Positions 13,801 to 26,076 are shown, counted from the first letter of the stretch. The stretch: DNA of 64,000 nucleotides from Felis catus (GCF_018350175.1 NC_058373.1:104224001-104288000); one strand, 5' to 3'. Notes: generated by a model not told the origin, from the letters alone. A program made the numbers and translations.

Positions 13801-14706
13801 TGTGAAAGACGAGCACACACAAAAAGGGCCTTTTCCTTCCTTTTTCGTTACATCTGTTTTCACTTCTTTCCCAAAAGGAGAGCCTTTATAACGTTTCATT
13901 GTTTGGCGATCCAGTTAGAATTTCCTATTCTGCTCATCTCAAACACCACAGCTTCTTACATTGGATTTCACTAAATTAAATTTTAAGTTTTAGAGAGTGA
14001 AAACGCTCAAGGAAAGAAACACAATAGAATGCTCATTGTCTCAGGCACTAAGGATTCTCTCGCTAGCAGTCAGGTGGTTTTATAACACATTTAAATTCCT
14101 TGAGACCCGAACATTGATGTTTAGATTCGCTCCCCCCGCCTCCCTTCAGTCTGAAGGGCTAAGTGGGCCTTTATTGTCCTAAAAAGCATTTCAGCCTCTT
14201 CGAACGCAAGGTAAGGGGAAACTGGCAGGCACCTGAGTGCCGCTCGTAACGTTCACTAATGGAATAATTTTGATGACTCAACAGCGAGAAGCCCCCAGTC
14301 GGCCCCCTTAGAATATTATCTGAGGATCCAAGCGACAAGACGGGAGACTCGCCCAACCCGGGGCTCCCGGCTGCTCTCTCCGCGCCCTGAGCCAGCCTTT
14401 CCCACTTCTCATCCCCAGTACATCTTCCAACGCCCAAACCTCCGACGCTCCCCTCCAGCCCCGCGGACAAAACCCACCCTCCTCCTTTCCCGTTCCGGGC
14501 TCCCTTCCCTGCCCACCTCCCCACCCAGGTCCCCCAGCCACCCCTCCCCCATTGCACGCTCCGCCCGCGCGGCCCCCAGAGCCGCCACCCCACCCCTCGC
14601 CTTTCCCACCTTTCCTCCCAGGGCCGCGCCCGCGCCTCCGCCCGCCCGCCCACCTCGCGGCCCGCACTCCGGGCCTGCCACTCCCCGGGGAGCCGCCGGG
14701 ACTCAC

Positions 14707-14733
14707 CTCGAAGAGCTCGGCCGTCGTAGCCAT
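14707..14733 (-). CDS. EXOC5: Exocyst complex component 5 (Sec10), coding exon 1
   Basis: Minus strand ATG GCT ACG ACG GCC GAG CTC TTC GAG = MATTAELFE, the EXOC5 N-terminus. It is followed directly by the consensus donor GTGAGT (14706-14701), lies in a CpG island and is head-to-head with AP5M1 as in other mammals. Confidence 0.95.
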
Positions 14734-15402
14734 CCCGGCCGGCTGAGAGGCTCGCCTCGCACTGGAAGCCGTCTCCTCTTCACATGCTGCGCCTCAGCGG
14801 CGCCGCGCACAGCCCCCTGCTCGGCTCGCCAGCTCTGGCTCCCGGCCGCCGCGGGCTCCCCCACTCCCCACAGAGCCCAGGCGGGGCGGGAGGGCGGCCA
14901 TGAAGCGAAGGCGCAGACGCCTGTCAGCTGCCTCCCGGCGCCGCCCGCGCCGCTCCCATTGTCACCGCCTCGTACGCCGGAAGTGGAGCTGCGCGCGCCC
15001 GGTTGGCTGTCGGGAGGGGCCGGCCAGGGAAGCCGGCAGCCGGCGAGCCGCAGAGAGGCTCGTCGCCTGGGCGAGTGAGGAACTGTGATCCTTGCGGGCC
15101 ACCGTCCCGGAAGTGGACGGTAGAGGAAGAAAGCAGTGGGTTGGTGGGGAGGAATGTTTCTCGAGATTCTAGGCGAGGAGTCACAGAACTTCTGTGGCGT
15201 GTGTTGACAGGACGGACTCAGAGGTTTTTTTAGTCACTTGACCAGAAGGAGCCAGCGTCTCTGCAGAGCCCGACCTGTTTGTGGTGAGGCAGAAGGTGGC
15301 TCAGGTTGAGGGAGCCCCGGGTCTTCTGGTAGAAGTCCATCTGAGAAAGCCAGTCCTTTTTCCGTAGAGACCTTAGGGATCAGCTGATGCTTTAGTGGCT
15401 TA

Positions 15403-15476
15403 ATGGCCCAGCGGGCAGTGTGGCTCATAAGCCGCGAGCCGGGAACTCCATTTTGTGGCACCGTCAGATTCTCCAG
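15403..15476 (+). CDS. AP5M1: AP-5 complex subunit mu-1, coding exon 1
   Basis: ATG at 15403 encodes MAQRAVWLISREPGTPFCGTVRFS(R); donor AG|GTAAAT; 74 nt, phase 2. Confidence 0.95.
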
Positions 15477-16623
15477 GTAAATGCAGGTCTGAATTCTCAG
15501 AGGTGTTGGATCGGAGGAATGGATGATGTATTGTAGTTTGGGGATGTGTCTTTGGTCCGCCACCTTGGGCAATTTACTTAACTTCCGTTTCATCTGTTAA
15601 ATGAAGATCTTAATAGTACTACTTAATAGTGTTGTGAGAATTAAATGAGTTGATGCTTGGCACACATTAAGCATTATGTGTTCTACAATATTGTTATTAC
15701 TTTCTCTTAAAATAATTCCACCTGCTTAGGATTGAGATGGAGATGACCAAAGGAAAGAAAGGAAACTTACTGAGCACTAGACAGGTTTCACATTTTTCTT
15801 TGGTTGATAAAGATCATTCAAGGACATTTTAACTCATTCTTCTGGAAAATCATGGCTGATCATTAAAAGACTGTTATTTTAGAAATTTTTAGAAATTTTC
15901 AGATGGATTGTTGAAGAAAATTGAAAAAGTACAAAAAATTGAACCGTATTCACTTTTTCTTAGATGGTGTGAGCTGATCTGGCCCCACTTTTAGGATTTG
16001 CCACATTTTATCAAAAGAGCTCTGTGATGAGAATTATACAATAACTCATTGTAAGATATAGGTGGCAATTCTGTGACCTATGACCTTTTATTCGCAGTGG
16101 CTATGGACGTTTCTTTCTTGCCAACATTGTTACTCTTCCCTGGGGAAAGCTCTGTAGGGAGGTAGCATAGCCCTGAATTGCAGATAAAGATGCGTGTGAT
16201 TTTAAATGAAAGTGGTTGGCAACGTGCATATGAAAAATTCCCTCCTGGCAACCTAAACATGTTTTGTTCCTGAGGGCATCAGAGTTATAGTTTGCCATTT
16301 CCCCCTAATATACCTGGCTTACTTTGTTGTTGCTGTACCTCAAGCAAGGAGTTTAATAGTATTCATTGGTACGGTTAATCAGCCTCACTGGTTTATCCAA
16401 GGACTTACATATTACCTTGAGTATCCTTATTTCTGCCACTCTCCTCCTCCTCACAGGTAACTCTCATATGTTTGTTGCTACCCTTTTATTTCTGTGTTTG
16501 TCTATGCATTTTTCAAATTACACAATTAAGTGTGCTATAGACTTCATTTCCTTTTTCTCCATTTGCCAGACTTCTCAGCACTATTTTAAAGAAACGTCCA
16601 TGTTACTTTATGTTCATGCAGAG

Positions 16624-16827
16624 CAGCTCTGCCCAATAGGATTTTCTGCAGTCATGGACATGGGAAGTGTTCTAAATCTGTGCTTTTTAATATTGTAGCC
16701 ACTAGCCACATGTAGCTATTGTGCTTTTGAAATGTGGCTATTGTAACTGAGGAGCTCAGTCTCGTTTAATTTTAATTTAAGTTTAAACAGTCACACGTGG
16801 CTAGTGGCTCCTGTTTTGGACAGTGCA
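16624..16827. mobile_element. MER3-like hAT-Charlie MITE
   Basis: Internal palindromic arms tagccactagccacatgt / cacgtggctagtggct; terminal ctgcccaata...ttggacag. Confidence 0.8.
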
Positions 16828-16829
16828 CA

Positions 16830-17770
16830 TTTAGCCCATTGCTCTGTTGTACCCTGTGGTCTACATCCTCCATATTTTACCTGTATCCTTCCCTTAATGA
16901 TGATACCCTGGGTTGCTTCCAACTCAGCCATCCAGAATAGTGATGCAGTAGATAGCCTCAAAAGGTCCATAGGACATATCTTTGCTGATTTTGACTAAAT
17001 ATTGCCAAATAATTAGCTCCTCGGAATACTTTAACAGTCAACACTCTTCTCATCAGCAGTGAGCAAAGGTTCCTATATCTCCATTCCATCCCAACATTTA
17101 TTCCAGTTTTTGCCAATATTGGTGTAAAGGATATCTTATTTTCATTTGCATTTCATTGTGTAGCAATGATTGTTAGCCCTTTGGATTTCCTCTTCTGTGG
17201 TTTGCTTGTACATATCCTTTGTCCATTTTATCTTTGAGAGTTGCTGTTTGTTTTCCTGTTAATTTGCACGAGTTCATTGTGTATTCTTGACATTAGGCCT
17301 ATGTCATTTCTAGCTACGATAGATATTCTCTCTCATTTTGTCGTTTTCAACTTTATCCCTTGGTTAAATAGAAACCACTAATTTTATTACTATCACAGTA
17401 GTACTTTGGGGATTTTGTAGAAGTTTTTCTCTACCCTTATTTCACAAGCTATATTCTTAAATTATCTTCTCTTAACTTTATCATTTTGCTTGTCATGTTT
17501 AGATCTTTAATCCATCTTCAGGTGTGGTGTTAATAGAGGAATCCCCTTATATTTTTCTCTATTGTGTGGGCCAGTTTTCCTATATATGTTTAGTATATTT
17601 TTTTCAGTATATATATTTTTCATTGATTTCTGGGATTATTGATAGTTGATATGTCTCCCATATAAATATTGGTCTGTTTCAGTTCTATTACTTTATTTGC
17701 CTATTCTTGCACCAGTACCATACTGTATTTATATCTGTGGCTTTGTAGCTTATCTTAATATCTCACAGAG
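16830..17770 (-). mobile_element. Old L1M fragment
   Basis: T-rich reverse L1 motifs (tttcctcttctgtg...ttgcttgtacatatcctttgtccatttt; tttagatctttaatccatct; gcaccagtaccatactg). Confidence 0.7.
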
Positions 17771-19558
17771 ATGAGATTTTTTTTTAATGCTTATAAAAAT
17801 AAATTCCTTAAAGAAGTCATGGTTGTTTTCAGAAGATTTTTCTCATTGTACTTAGGAATTTCAGAAGAAAAATTCAGATATGTTTGGGTGGGCTTTTCAA
17901 CATCTCTGTGGAGGCAGTAAGTTTTATTTTTTTCAGTTTTCTGATTCCTTGGAACTGATGTAAGGGCTAAACATAAATGCTCCGGCATATTACCCATATA
18001 TATGCCAAAGGATAATGGCTATCATTTAAGATTTTTAAAAGCAGATAACCTTTCCTGTATGTGGTTACTTTTTCCCAAAACAAAACTTGGTCTAAATTCT
18101 GATTTAGGAGTTTACTGTCCAGATACACAGTAATAGCATCAGCTTAAGTATGGCTTAGGTTGTTATTGTACTCTATGATTATAGGGCCAAGGTCTGAGTC
18201 CTATTTTAGAAAAGGTATAGAATAAATCTGAAATGATAGGTTGAGTTATCCAACAAAAATATTTATTGAGCACATATCAAGGCATTATATACACTCCCAG
18301 ATTAACTTCTTATCTGTACATTCAATATTGAGATTCTTACACTTAAGAAGGACTTTAATTATCTTCTAGATAACCAGAGGATAAGACACTGGGCTAGAGT
18401 TTAGTTCAAAATTCTCAACCTTTCTCATCCAGAGACTCAGAAAAAGAAAGGGCATTCTTTCTAAGCCATTACCGGAGAGCTACTTCTTTTCCTTTCTCAA
18501 TCAAAAAAGTACATCAGAATATAAGTGAGTGAGGTTCATTAATATATAAATAAGTTTGAATACATTCTTATTTTTCTTCTTAAAAATTATTAGTAAACAT
18601 CAATAACTTATTAGTGGTATTCGTGCAAAAAAAATATTTTGGCTAAGTTTGTTCTTGATCCTTGGTGAGAATTGCTTATATATTCTTTAGCTGCCCCTTT
18701 ATTTTACAAATAAGAAAATAGATTTATGAAAGTGGGTGATTTACACAGAAGTTAATAGCCAATAAATGACTTTATTCTGGACATTAGAGTGGAGGGAAAA
18801 AGAGTAGGAAAAGTACATTTTCTTTTAAACTGTAACATATCATTCTGCAAATAAACAAAAGCATCTTCTAGTCTTTTTCCCGCCAAAAGGATAAATTAGT
18901 AACTTACTATTAAGTCTAGGACATGCAAACCATAAAAGATTATTCAGTTTTTATTATTTTTATTATCTCATATTTATCAGGGCCATAGAGATAAACAGTT
19001 TTATTAATAAAATGTTCTTATATTTTAAGGAGTTGGCAAGAAGACTCAGGGTATTTTGCTATTCACTATTACTTGAGTAGAATAGAACATTCCTTTTACA
19101 TTTGTATCATCTCAACTAGTGAATCCAAAGTTGTGGAGGGTTAAATTGAACCTGCTAAGACAGAATCAGAAAAAAAGTCCTTATAGATGCCTAAAATGTA
19201 TCCAAGTATGCGTACCTGGCTGACCAAGTAGGAATCTGAGTGGCCAAAGAGACTAGAATTTTGAATTAGAACTGTGTGCTATGCCTATTTAAAAAATTAA
19301 ATTGAAGTATGTTCAGTAATAAATGACTTTATAATTTGAGATAATATGCGAACAGTTACATAACTGTTATACAAAAGTTAGTTGTTACAGTAGAAATTTA
19401 ACATGGAATATATTTTTTTGGTTATGGTTTTTGTGGATATGTGTATGTATTTGTTATGTGTTTTGTTATTATGGTTAGCCTTGTGTTTTAGGGTTTTTTT
19501 TTCTATTTTTATTTTCCTTGGAAGAACCATTCATAATATTTTTGTTTCCACAATAAAG

Positions 19559-20204
19559 ACGGTATCCAACTGTTGAAAAACGAGCCAAAGTCTTCAATGG
19601 AGCAAGTTATGTGCCTATTCCTGAAGATGGTCCCTTTCTTAAAGCACTACTCTTTGAACTTAGATTATTGGATGATGATGAGGACTTCATAGAGAGTCGT
19701 GATAGCTGTTCACACATCAATAAAACATCTGTCTATGGGCTCCTCATAGGAGGTGGAGAACTCTGGCCAGTTGTTGCTTTTCTGAAGAATAACATGATAT
19801 ATGCTTGTGTTCCACTAGTTGAACAAACTTTATCCCCTCATCCACCGTTAATTAGCATTAGTGGAATTTCACAAGGCTTTGAACTTCTTTTTGGAGTACA
19901 GGATTTTCTTTCCTTGAGTCAAAAAAATGACACTGAGCTAAATACAAAATTGAACCAATTACCTGATTTGCTTCTACAAGCTTGTCCATTTGGAACTTTG
20001 TTGGATGCCAATTTACAGAATTCATTGGATAGTATTAATTTTGCTTCTGTGACTCATTCACAAAAACAGCCAGCCTGGAAAGTTGGAACATACAAAGGAA
20101 AACCACAAGTTTCTATTTCTATCACCGAAAAGGTAAAATCCATGCAATACGATAAACAGGATATAGCAGATACATGGCAGGTCGTTGGAACTGTCACTTG
20201 CAAG
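19559..20204 (+). CDS. AP5M1: AP-5 mu-1 exon 2
   Basis: Acceptor ...caataaAG, then [35 protein letters not shown]...[10 protein letters not shown], donor AAG|GTAAGA; 646 nt; overlaps ORF 19611..20273. Confidence 0.97.
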
Positions 20205-20386
20205 GTAAGATTTTCTCTCATACTTGTTTTATCTTACCATTTAACATGTACGGAGAAAAGTAAAATTTTCTGACTTTATTTTACATTGTTATATGACATT
20301 CTTGATTTTTCTCATAAAACAGCAGTCATTAAATGTTAGATTTGTGTGAAATTTTGTAACATTACCTTTTTGCATTCCTTATGAAT

Positions 20387-20939
20387 TGTATTAGTTATAT
20401 ATTGCTGCATATTGATTTGCCTCATTATCCCCCAAATAAACATTTATTATCCTCATAGTGTTCTATGGGTTAAGACTTCAGGAACAGCTTAGATGGGAAC
20501 TTCTAGCATGAAGTCCATCATGAGATCACAGTCAAGATTGCAGCTAGAGCTATAGTCACCTGAAGGTTTGATTGGGGCTGGAAAATCTACTTGCAAGGTG
20601 GCTAACTCACATGGCTAGCAAATTATTGGTGGGAGGGTTCTGTTCCTTTCCACGTGGACTTCTCAGTAGGCTATTTAAAAATCTCCTCACAACTTGGTAA
20701 CTAGCTTCCTATAGATCAAATGAGAGATCAGATGAGGGAGACAGAGAAAGAGAAAGAAGGTGCAGGTAGAAGCTATCCTTTTTATTACCTAAGCTGAGGT
20801 CAGATGACATTACTTCTACCACTTTGTTCATTAGGAAAAGGTCACTAAGTCCAGTCCACATTCAAGGCAACTAGAATTAAGCTCCATCTTTTGAAGAGTA
20901 ATGTCAAAGAATTTGTGGAAATATTTTAAAACCATCATA
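20387..20939 (-). mobile_element. MaLR LTR (MLT1-type)
   Basis: tgtattagtta..tattgctgc...aaacatttattatc...gtcactaagtccagtccacattcaagg...ttttaaaaccatcata. Confidence 0.7.
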
Positions 20940-21113
20940 CCTATTTTCCATTTTCTCTAAAAAGGATGAAATTGACAAATCTCTGACTTAATATCTAAAA
21001 CCATTTTGAAGGGCTCTTGTATTATTTAAACAAGTTGGTAGGTTAATGTAGGGTTCTCTGGTTTAAGGTTAGAAAATAGGAAATGACAATAGAAATAATA
21101 CTATTATCACTTT

Positions 21114-21292
21114 GGGATCCCTGGGTGGCTCAGTCCAGTTAAGTGTCTCAACTGTTGATTCTGGCTCAGGTCATGATCTCACAGTTATATCAAGCCCCAT
21201 ATTGGGTACCACTGGGCGTGGAGTCTGGTTAAGGTTCTCTCTCTCCCTCTCCCTCTGCCCCTCCACTGCTTGTGCTTGCTTGTGCGCGGTCT

Positions 21293-21323
<31 letters not shown>
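21114..21323 (+). mobile_element. Can-SINE (older subfamily)
   Basis: SINE head, CT region, long poly-A. Confidence 0.85.
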
Positions 21324-21326
<3 letters not shown>

Positions 21327-21553
21327 GGTAAGTTCTAGGTCCCTTCTGTGTTTTATAATTCCTGGTTAAAAGTTCAAACTTATATATGCCAGGTTTGTTT
21401 AAAAGATAGTATTCAGGTTTCATCTAGAACTTCCTTATTTAATAGTAAAAGACTGATGATCTGATATTTTAAATGACTAGGTGGCAGATAATCCATTGGT
21501 GGTTTTCGTAGTGGTTGCAATTTTCCGATCCCTTTAAGAATATTAGACTGTTA

Positions 21554-21769
21554 GGGGGTGCCTGGGTGGCTCAGTCAGTTAAGCATCAGACTTCAACTCA
21601 GGTCATGATCTCACTACCTGTGAGTTCAAGCCCTGCAACGGACTCTGTGCTGACAGCTCAGAGCCTGGAGTCTGCTTCAGATTCTGTCTCCATCTCTCTC
21701 TGCCCCTCCCCTGCTTGTGCTCTGTCTCTCTCTCTCTCAAAAATAAACATTTAAAAAAATAAAAAAAAA
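21554..21769 (+). mobile_element. Can-SINE
   Basis: TSD aagaatattaga(c/t)tgtta. Confidence 0.92.
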
Positions 21770-22678
21770 AAGAATATTAGATTGTTAGGATATTAGACTA
21801 ATTTAATAAGCACAAACTGAATATTTAAACATTGTAATAGTATTTGCTATTAATATTTGCTCATTTTATTATCTCAATAAATATCAAAAAAAACTTTTTT
21901 TTTTTTTTTTTTGGTTCCTGCTAGTTCACATATAGAGAGTGAAGTAGCAGATGGTTTAAAAGTCAAAACACTAAAATATTTAAGTTTTGTGGTAAGATTA
22001 TTAGGCATTTTTTTTTCCAAATGTGAGAGACATTATTGTAACTGTTACCAAAAGACCTTTATGAGGTACTGATTATATGTGGTACTGTTCATAATGCCTG
22101 CCTGCTCTCTAAGTGCTTACATTGTATAGCAGATGTATTCTTGAATTCACACATATGTCAAGCAGTAGATAAAAGCATAAAAAAGTGAAGCATGTCATAC
22201 TAGAATGGAAAACAAAGGTGGGGTCCACAACTAGAAAAAGATACCTAATCAGTAAGCATTTTTTGAGTGTCTCTTATACATAGCAATGTGCTAGGCACTA
22301 GAAATACAAAGAAAGATAGAACAATTTTTGCTTTCAAAGAACTTAAAGCTTCAAGAGAGAAACAAACAGGACACAAATACCTATGGGGGTGGGCAGTTAT
22401 TGCATGATGCAGACTATGTAGATGATAGTAGAACTAGCTGCTTGCATTTGAAGCTGAGCATTATACCTGCTGGGTTCTACTGACTCTTAAAATACTTGTT
22501 CATATCTAGCCAAATAAAACATATCAATAAGCCTTTATGGCCCAATTGGCTAGTTTTAATTGGGCGCTTTAATAGAGGGAAATGTCAAGTTAGAGTTGAG
22601 ATAGAAAGGAAGAACCTGATTACCATGAACATATAGGTAAGGTGTATCATTCTGGTTGGGTCAGAAAAAGAGCCATTA

Positions 22679-22880
22679 GGGGTACCTAGGTGGCTCATTC
22701 AATTAAGCATCCAACTCTTGATTTCAGCTTAGGTCGTGATCTCACAGTCCTGAGATCAAGCCCTACATCATGCTCCACGTTGAGCGTGGAGCTTGCTTAA
22801 GATTCTCTCCCTCTCCTTCTGTACCTCCCCTGCTTGCACTCCCTCACATGTACTCACGCTCTCTCTCAAAAAAAAAAAAA
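22679..22880 (+). mobile_element. Can-SINE (older subfamily)
   Basis: SINE head, CT region, poly-A. Confidence 0.88.
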
Positions 22881-22933
22881 ATTACAAGTTTTAGGGGAGT
22901 AAAGGTATTTAATATAGGATTTAGGGCTTACTG

Positions 22934-23000
22934 AAAATAATAGTTAATTTAAAACATCATGAAAGTGTGAAAAATGATTTTGAATTCTGTGAAGCTCATA
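22934..23000 (+). other. Intronic partial copy of AP5M1 exon 4
   Basis: 63/67 identical, ungapped, to 25994-26060. Confidence 0.9.
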
Positions 23001-23670
23001 CCAGATGGAAGAGGAGTTGAGAGAATAAAAGTTTCTGATCTTCTGGCTGCAGCCTTCCAGAAATAGTCACTGATGACTGTGGTCTGGAGAAGTTAGAATT
23101 TGCAGGAGATGCCACCATGTTAACGGCCTTGAAGAAATTCATGGAAAGGACTGCAAAGTGCTACATCTGGCCAGCACAGCCTTAAAGCAGGAGCTCAGGG
23201 AGAGGTCTGTGAAGCTGTCATATCTGGCTTCCATAACCTTCCCAAAACACTGGCTTCCCAGCTTCAGGGTAGAAAATGATGAAAGAGGTAGATTGGGAGC
23301 CAAACGATGAAAGACTTAAAAGTAATGCAAAACTGAGGGGGAACTATTGAAACACCTTGAGCATGGATACAATATATTTAAAGTTCTGTTTTGTTAAGAT
23401 AGCTCTGGAGGGTGGATTGATTAGAGGAAAGCAAATCTAGGGACTTAAAATAGCTTTTCAAGGGTTTACAGGCCTTTAGGAAGTCTCTCCTAGTCTCTGG
23501 CTTGGAATCTGAGTATGATAGAACGACTAACCAGAACACAGAAAGCAAGAGCAATACCTTGAAAAGTGAGTTAAGCTGTGAGAAATGACTTAGATAAACT
23601 CAGAAAAGCCTCACCCAGAAGACGTATGCTTCTAAGATCTTGGTAATATCTGTTTCTGTTTTCATTGCAG

Positions 23671-23898
23671 TGTGACTTAGAAGGAATCATGCCAAATGTT
23701 ACCATCAGCTTGAGTCTCCCCACCAATGGGTCTCCACTTCAGGATATTCTAGTTCATCCTTGTGTGACTTCTCTTGATTCTGCCATTCTGACTTCTAGTA
23801 GCATTGATGCAATGGATGATTCTGCATTTAGCGGACCTTACAAATTTCCACTCACACCTCCCTTAGAGTCATTTAACTTATGCTACTATACTTCCCAG
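23671..23898 (+). CDS. AP5M1: AP-5 mu-1 exon 3 (mu-homology domain)
   Basis: ttcattgc[22 protein letters not shown]...FNLCYYTSQ, donor CAG|GTAAGC; 228 nt. Confidence 0.97.
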
Positions 23899-24269
23899 GT
23901 AAGCAATCTTGGCAAAGTTGAGACTTTGCCAATCTTCATGTTTATGAATCATTGTAAACAAATCATTCATACTTTTGGCCCACGTGAGAACTTTTGGTTA
24001 TTTATTTACCAGATAATAATTGATGAATGAAGATTAAGATTCAGTTCTTTGAATAGGATGCCTCTTTTCTCTGGTGTCTGTTACAGCACTGAATTGTTTT
24101 CAAAGTCATGGGAGTTATTTTTTTTTTTTTAATGCTTCCTAATAAGGATTCCATGAACATAAGGTAGATCCTACTATGATGTGGTCATGGTTTGAATCAT
24201 GAACATAAAATACCTGTAATCTCAGGCAACTGTTGTTACAAATACATAATACTATTTTTAAAGGTTGCT

Positions 24270-24495
24270 TATTGAATAACTGCTGTGTCAGACACTGTCC
24301 TAGCCATGTTACATGTGTTTTCTCCAGTACTTTTAAAACCTTTAACGTAGGTATTACTAGCCCCATTTTACAGATGAAGAGAGTCTCAGAGAAGTTAAAT
24401 GACATGCCCAGGGTCATATAACTGGTAAATAACAGAGCTTACATTTGAACCCACACTTTCCACACTCTAAAACCTAACCTTCTTTTTACTATACC
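24270..24495 (-). mobile_element. MIR
   Basis: Core ccccattttacagatgaaga.agtctcagagaagttaaatgacatgcccagggtc. Confidence 0.75.
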
Positions 24496-24545
24496 ATTTG
24501 TCTCTTGTCCTAATTGTGAATCAGTAGATTAAAAAAAACCTACTC

Positions 24546-25230
24546 TGGGAATGCAAGCTCGTGCAGCCACTCTGGAAAACAGTATGGAGGTTCCTCAAAA
24601 AACTAAAAATAGAACTACCCTACAACTACCCTACCTACAACAAGCAATTGCACTACTAGGCATTTATCCACAGGAAACAGGTGTGCTGTTTCGAAGGGAC
24701 ACATACACCCCAATGTTCATAGCAGCACTATCAACAATAGCCAAAGTATGGGAAGAGCCCAAATGTCCATCGATGGATGAATGGATAAAGAAGATGTGGT
24801 ATATATAGACAATGGAGTATTACTTGGCAATCAAAAAGAATGAAATCTTGCCATTTGCAACTACATGGATGGAACTGGAAGGTAACGCTAAGTGAAATTA
24901 GTCAGAGAAAGACAAAAATCATATGACTTCACTCATATGAGGACTTTATGAGATAAAACAGATGAACATAAGGGAAGGGAAACAATATAAAAACAGGGAG
25001 GGGGACAAAACAGAAGAGACTCATAAATATGGGGAACAAACTGAGGGCTACTGGAGGAGGTGTAGGAGGGGGGATGGGCTAAACGGGTAAGGGGCACTAA
25101 GGAATCTACTCCTGAAATCATTGTTGCACTATATGCTAACTAATTTGGATATAAATTTAAAAAAATAAAAAATAAAATAAAAAAAATTTAAAAAAAGAAG
25201 GTAGAGGCAACCAAAAAAAAAAAAAAAAAA
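24546..25230 (+). mobile_element. 5'-truncated carnivore LINE-1 (ORF2 C-terminus, 3' UTR, poly-A)
   Basis: ORF 24551..24808 contains L1 ORF2 C-terminal motifs (AIALLGIYP, TPMFIAALSTIAKVW..PKCPS.DEWIKKMWYI); G-rich 3' UTR; A tail; TSD aaaaaaaacc(c)tactc. Confidence 0.93.
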
Positions 25231-25936
25231 CCCTACTCAAGCTAGCTTACATAAAAGGAATTTATTTTGATAATGCAAGAAGCAATCTTGTCATTCAAGG
25301 ATAAAAAGCATACCTAGCCTGTACTAGGAATAGAACCAGAAAATGAAAATTAAAGTCACTCTGTACCAAGGTCTACACTGTCTGTCTCATCTCTGCTTCT
25401 CAGTTTCCTCTTCCAACTTGATTTCTCTGCTTCCACATGACCTATAGCTCTAAGTTATACTACATAAATAGAGTCTACTTATTACTTTAAATATACTAGA
25501 AGAATGATTGGCTCACTCCAGCCTACAGATAGTTTCTCCTCCAATTGGTTATTGGCAATCAACTGAGTAAGCTACTGCTGAGCCAAAGGGTGGGTAAGTC
25601 CTGCTGTCATAGGACAGCAGGAGCTGTGAGGAGGCATCAGTGAGCAATATGTCTAGTGCATGTCTTATGTTGCAGGTCATAGAGAACCTGGAGGAGGGGA
25701 AGCTGGATGAGTAAGAGGAAAAATGATGTATTGCATACCTTGTAAGGCACCTTTCTTATCACTGGAAATAGGAAAAATTCCTACCTTTAGAACAAATAGA
25801 GCTCCATCATCTATTATCAAAACAATTTGGAGTAATCTGTATATAATAACTACTGCAAGGCCTTTTTCTCAATCATTGGTATTTTAGATCCATTAACCTA
25901 GCAATTATACAAAAATTTGTTTATGTTTGTTTCCAG

Positions 25937-26076
25937 GTCCCTGTTCCACCGATTTTGGGTTTTTATCAAATGAAAGAGGAAGAAATACAAGTAAAAATAA
26001 CAGTTAATTTAAAACTTCATGAAAGTGTGAAAAATAATTTTGAGTTCTGTGAAGCTCATATACCTTTTTATAACAG
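25937..26076 (+). CDS. AP5M1: AP-5 mu-1 exon 4
   Basis: tttcc[51 protein letters not shown](R), donor AG|GTAGGA; 140 nt. Confidence 0.96.

Larger units (their letters stand above)
14200..15480. promoter_or_regulatory. CpG island / bidirectional EXOC5-AP5M1 promoter
   Basis: Very GC- and CpG-rich block in an AT-rich background; divergent ATGs 670 bp apart; GC box GGGGCGGG (~14884); two ETS/GABP-type CCGGAAGTG motifs at 14977-14985 and 15107-15115. Confidence 0.9.

Noticed and set aside
1..14706. EXOC5 exon 2 (EPFVADEYIERLVWR...)
   Set aside because: No matching minus-strand sequence was seen; it probably lies left of the window.
14171..15233. Several long overlapping GC-rich ORFs in the CpG island
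   Set aside because: Stop-poor because of composition. Only the first 9 codons of ORF 14308..14733 are real (EXOC5); the rest reads through the splice donor.
19611..20273. 220-aa ORF as a stand-alone gene
   Set aside because: It is AP5M1 exon 2 with an internal GTG start and intron read-through.
22921..23030. Exon-4 copy as a functional alternative exon
   Set aside because: No polypyrimidine tract or good donor, and the frame stops at TGA a few codons after the copy.
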